NCBI GenBank assembly: GCA_902563575.1
Contig: CACEXV010000002.1
Span: 94,702-158,701, forward strand
Direction: 5' to 3'
Origin: an uncultured Pelagibacteraceae bacterium
GTDB lineage: Bacteria; Pseudomonadota; Alphaproteobacteria; Pelagibacterales; Pelagibacteraceae
DNA: 64,000 bases
In this document: piece by piece, positions 61,300-64,000 of the stretch
Numbering within the stretch: position 1 is the first letter of the stretch
Layout: each line of letters starts with the position of its first letter
The notes under the pieces: generated by a model
The model's database searches: none
Seen by the model: only the letters and a program-made list of their open reading frames with translations
What the model was told of the DNA's origin: nothing
Program-made: the position numbers and the translations under genes

Positions 61300-61994
61300 T
61301 GCGTAAAATATTTATTGCCTGTGATAGTTCTAGTGTATCAGAAATAAGAAAAATAATTGCCAAAACAAAAACAAAAAAATTGAATATTGGATACAAATTT
61401 GGTCTTGAGTTCCTATATACTAAAAATGGAAGAAAATTTATTTCAAAACTTCAAAATAAAATTTTATTTGCAGATTACAAAATATCAGATATTCCCAATA
61501 CAAGTGCGCAAGCAATCAAATCATTATCTGATTTAAAAAATTTAAATTATATAACAGTTCATGTTAGTAGTGGATTAGATTGCTTAAAAACTATTAAGAA
61601 AACTGCAAAAAAAATTAATAAAAAACTTAAAGTTTTAGGTGTTACAATTTTAACTAGTTTTTCAGATAAATCTTTAAAAAAAATAGGGTATAACACTTCC
61701 GTAAAAAATATTGTTATAAAGCAAGCTAAAATCGCAAAGCTAGCAAAATTAGACGGAATTATATGTTCTGGTCACGAAGCAAAATTTTTAAAAAAAATTT
61801 GTACCAATATGGAAATCATAACGCCAGGAATTAGATTAAAAGGAGACGATGTTGGTGATCAAAAAAGAGTGATGTCTCCGAAAGAAGCATTTGCAAATGG
61901 TGCAACATCCATCGTGATCGGTAGAAGCATAACAAAAGGAAATATTAATAAGAATATGAAAAAATTAATAAGCTCATTAATAGATGAAACTTAA
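61299..61994 (+). CDS. pyrF: Orotidine-5'-phosphate decarboxylase
   Basis: ACD, KFG, DYKISDIPNT, VTILTS, TPGIR, DQKR, IGRSIT. Confidence 0.95.
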   Translation: MRKIFIACDSSSVSEIRKIIAKTKTKKLNIGYKFGLEFLYTKNGRKFISKLQNKILFADYKISDIPNTSAQAIKSLSDLKNLNYITVHVSSGLDCLKTIKKTAKKINKKLKVLGVTILTSFSDKSLKKIGYNTSVKNIVIKQAKIAKLAKLDGIICSGHEAKFLKKICTNMEIITPGIRLKGDDVGDQKRVMSPKEAFANGATSIVIGRSITKGNINKNMKKLISSLIDET

Positions 61995-62589
61995 GGTATG
62001 TGGTTTATCGAGAAAAAAAGAAATTATTACATGTATTAACCATGGGGTAGAATTTTGCGGCCTAATTTTAAATTATCCTAAAAGCCACAGACACGTTACC
62101 TTTTCTAGAGCAAGAGAATTAATAAAAATTAAAAGAAAAAAAACAAAATTTGTAGGAGTTTTGGTTAATCCAACTAATAAAGATCTTAAAAAATTTTCAC
62201 ATTTGAAATTAGACTATTTTCAACTCTATGGAAAATATGATAATTCTAAATTAAGATTAATAAAAAATAAATTTAAAAAAAAAATCATTTCTGTTATCGT
62301 CGTTAAAAAAAAGAAAGATGTACAAAATTATAAAAAAATTAAGGATAATTCAGATATTATTTTATGGGATAGCTCAGGTTATGAAAAAAGTCTTACATGG
62401 AATTATGATTGGATTAAACATATTAGAACAAGAGCAAAAAAAATGGTTGCAGGTAATATCACTATCAATAAATTAAAACATTTGAAAAATTATGCTGATA
62501 TTGTTGATGTTTCAGGTGCTTTAGAAACTAGAAAAAAAAAAGATATAAAAAAAATAAAAGAATTCGTTAAACAGGTTAAAAAATTATAA
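61984..62589 (+). CDS. trpF: Phosphoribosylanthranilate isomerase
   Basis: KVCGL, SHRHV, QLYG, AGNI, VDVSGALE; upstream of trpB. Confidence 0.9.
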   Translation: MKLKVCGLSRKKEIITCINHGVEFCGLILNYPKSHRHVTFSRARELIKIKRKKTKFVGVLVNPTNKDLKKFSHLKLDYFQLYGKYDNSKLRLIKNKFKKKIISVIVVKKKKDVQNYKKIKDNSDIILWDSSGYEKSLTWNYDWIKHIRTRAKKMVAGNITINKLKHLKNYADIVDVSGALETRKKKDIKKIKEFVKQVKKL

Positions 62590-62590
62590 A

Positions 62591-63817
62591 ATGAAAATTA
62601 AAAAAGGCGTTTCCCTTATAGATCAACACGATAAGAATTTTATGTATGGTGGTAAATTTGGTGGAAACTTTATACCCGAAACTTTGAAAAAACCGATCGA
62701 TGACCTCACAAAATTATTTTCAAAATTAAGAAGAGAGAAAAAATTTCTCAGTGAACGAGATTATCATTTCCAGACTTATGTTGGGGCTCCCACACCCTTT
62801 ATTAAACTTGAAAATTTAACTGATCGTTTAGGAGGTGCGCAAATTTACGCAAAAGTAGTATCTGAGGCTAATGGTGGAGCACACAAAATTTATAATGCCA
62901 CAGTTCATTGTTTAATAGCCAAAAGAGCAGGTAAAAAATTTATTGTCGGTGATACTGGAGCTGGTTATGCCGGGAAAATGCTCTCGATGGCAGCTAAAAA
63001 ATTTGGCTTAAAATGTAAAATATTTATGGGGGCAAAAGATATAAAAAGACAAAGGCCTAATGTTGAAGCTATGAAAAAAAATGGTGCTGAAGTTGTTCCA
63101 GTTACTACAGGAAGTCAAACTTTAGTTGATGCTGTGAGTGAATGTATGAGATACTGGGTATCAAACTGCGATTTAGTTCACAATTGTATCGGGTCAACAG
63201 TTGGCCCGAATATATTTATAAAGATTTGTGCTTGGAGCACTGCTCAAATTTCAAGAGAATTAATGATACAAGTGAAAGACGAATTTGGAAAAATTCCAAA
63301 AAAACTAAAATTAATAAATTGTGTTGGCGGCGGTAGTTCTGCTGCAGGTTTTTGGAATGAATTCATGAATACTAATGCAGAATTTATAGGCGTTGAAGCT
63401 GGAGGACCAAAAAATAGTAAGCTTCATGCAGCACCACTCACTAATGGATCTAAAATTGGAATTCTTCATGGGGCCGCTCAATATGTAATACAAGACAAAG
63501 AAGGTCAAATAGGTTCAACGGAGTCCATATCAGCCGGTTTGGATTACCCGGGAATATCTCCTTTGCATTGCTTCTTAAAGGATGCAAAAAGAGCGAGATA
63601 TACTTCAGCAAGTGATGAAGATGCACTTAAAGCATATGAGTTAGTGTCTAAACTTGAAAATATTTCACCATCTTTAGAGCCATCACACGCTTTCGCAGAG
63701 GCAATTCGACTTGCTCCTAAACTAAAGTCTTCGGAAGTGATAATTGTTAACTCATGTGGAGACAGCCTCAAAGATAAAGATATTATTAAACAAAGATTGG
63801 GCTCTTACATTCGATGA
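62591..63817 (+). CDS. trpB: Tryptophan synthase beta chain (divergent active-site motifs)
   Basis: FGGNFIPETL, GAHK (PLP Lys), CVGGGS, GILHG, SISAGLDYPG; trpF-trpB-trpA order. Confidence 0.9.
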   Translation: MKIKKGVSLIDQHDKNFMYGGKFGGNFIPETLKKPIDDLTKLFSKLRREKKFLSERDYHFQTYVGAPTPFIKLENLTDRLGGAQIYAKVVSEANGGAHKIYNATVHCLIAKRAGKKFIVGDTGAGYAGKMLSMAAKKFGLKCKIFMGAKDIKRQRPNVEAMKKNGAEVVPVTTGSQTLVDAVSECMRYWVSNCDLVHNCIGSTVGPNIFIKICAWSTAQISRELMIQVKDEFGKIPKKLKLINCVGGGSSAAGFWNEFMNTNAEFIGVEAGGPKNSKLHAAPLTNGSKIGILHGAAQYVIQDKEGQIGSTESISAGLDYPGISPLHCFLKDAKRARYTSASDEDALKAYELVSKLENISPSLEPSHAFAEAIRLAPKLKSSEVIIVNSCGDSLKDKDIIKQRLGSYIR

Positions 63818-64000
63818 AATCAAAAATTGCTTTAGCATTTGATAGGTGTAAAAAGGAAAAAAGGCCTGCGCTAATCACATACACTGTGGCAGGAGATAAC
63901 TCTAAGAGCAATTCACTTAAGATATTAAATAAGATTTCTCAACATGCTGATATTCTAGAACTTGGATTTCCACATAATACTCCTATAGCGGATGGGGGAC
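63814..64000 (+). CDS. trpA: Tryptophan synthase alpha chain, N-terminal part (runs off window end)
   Basis: ATGA overlap with trpB; MKSKIALAF...PALITYTVAGD...ILELGFPHNTPIADG with catalytic Glu and Asp. Confidence 0.93.
   Translation, partial: MKSKIALAFDRCKKEKRPALITYTVAGDNSKSNSLKILNKISQHADILELGFPHNTPIADGG

Overview
Very AT-rich, densely packed alphaproteobacterial chromosome segment. Gene content, gene order and near-absent intergenic space point to Pelagibacterales (SAR11); this is an inference, not a database result. Most of the window is core housekeeping: coxB, lipid A genes, purD, ileS-lspA, groES/EL, tRNA-His-hisS-hisZ-hisG, accA/glcB, ffs-dnaX-ybaB-recR, pheA-kdsB, argDF, gcrA, kdsD-lptC-lptB, aroA-cmk-rpsA-ihfB-pyrF-trpFBA. 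A ~16.5 kb phosphorus-stress block (about 36.5-53.0 kb) carries arsC plus an aquaporin, ppx-ppk1, sixA, phoB-phoU-pstBACS, an unknown secreted protein, phoR, agt-plcP, a divergent diacylglycerol kinase and a small Lys-rich Ile-zipper protein. Pho boxes precede pstS and plcP. No mobile element, prophage or CRISPR array was seen. Best leads: the unexplained members of the P block (Ile-zipper protein, secreted protein, candidate anti-SD sRNA, plcP/dgk switch), a His-codon leader ORF upstream of a tRNA-His lying 4 nt before hisS, a TrpB with several altered active-site motifs, a tail-anchored AccA, and a glcB leader without a glycine riboswitch. All calls come from reading the sequence and recognising motifs; no searches were run.
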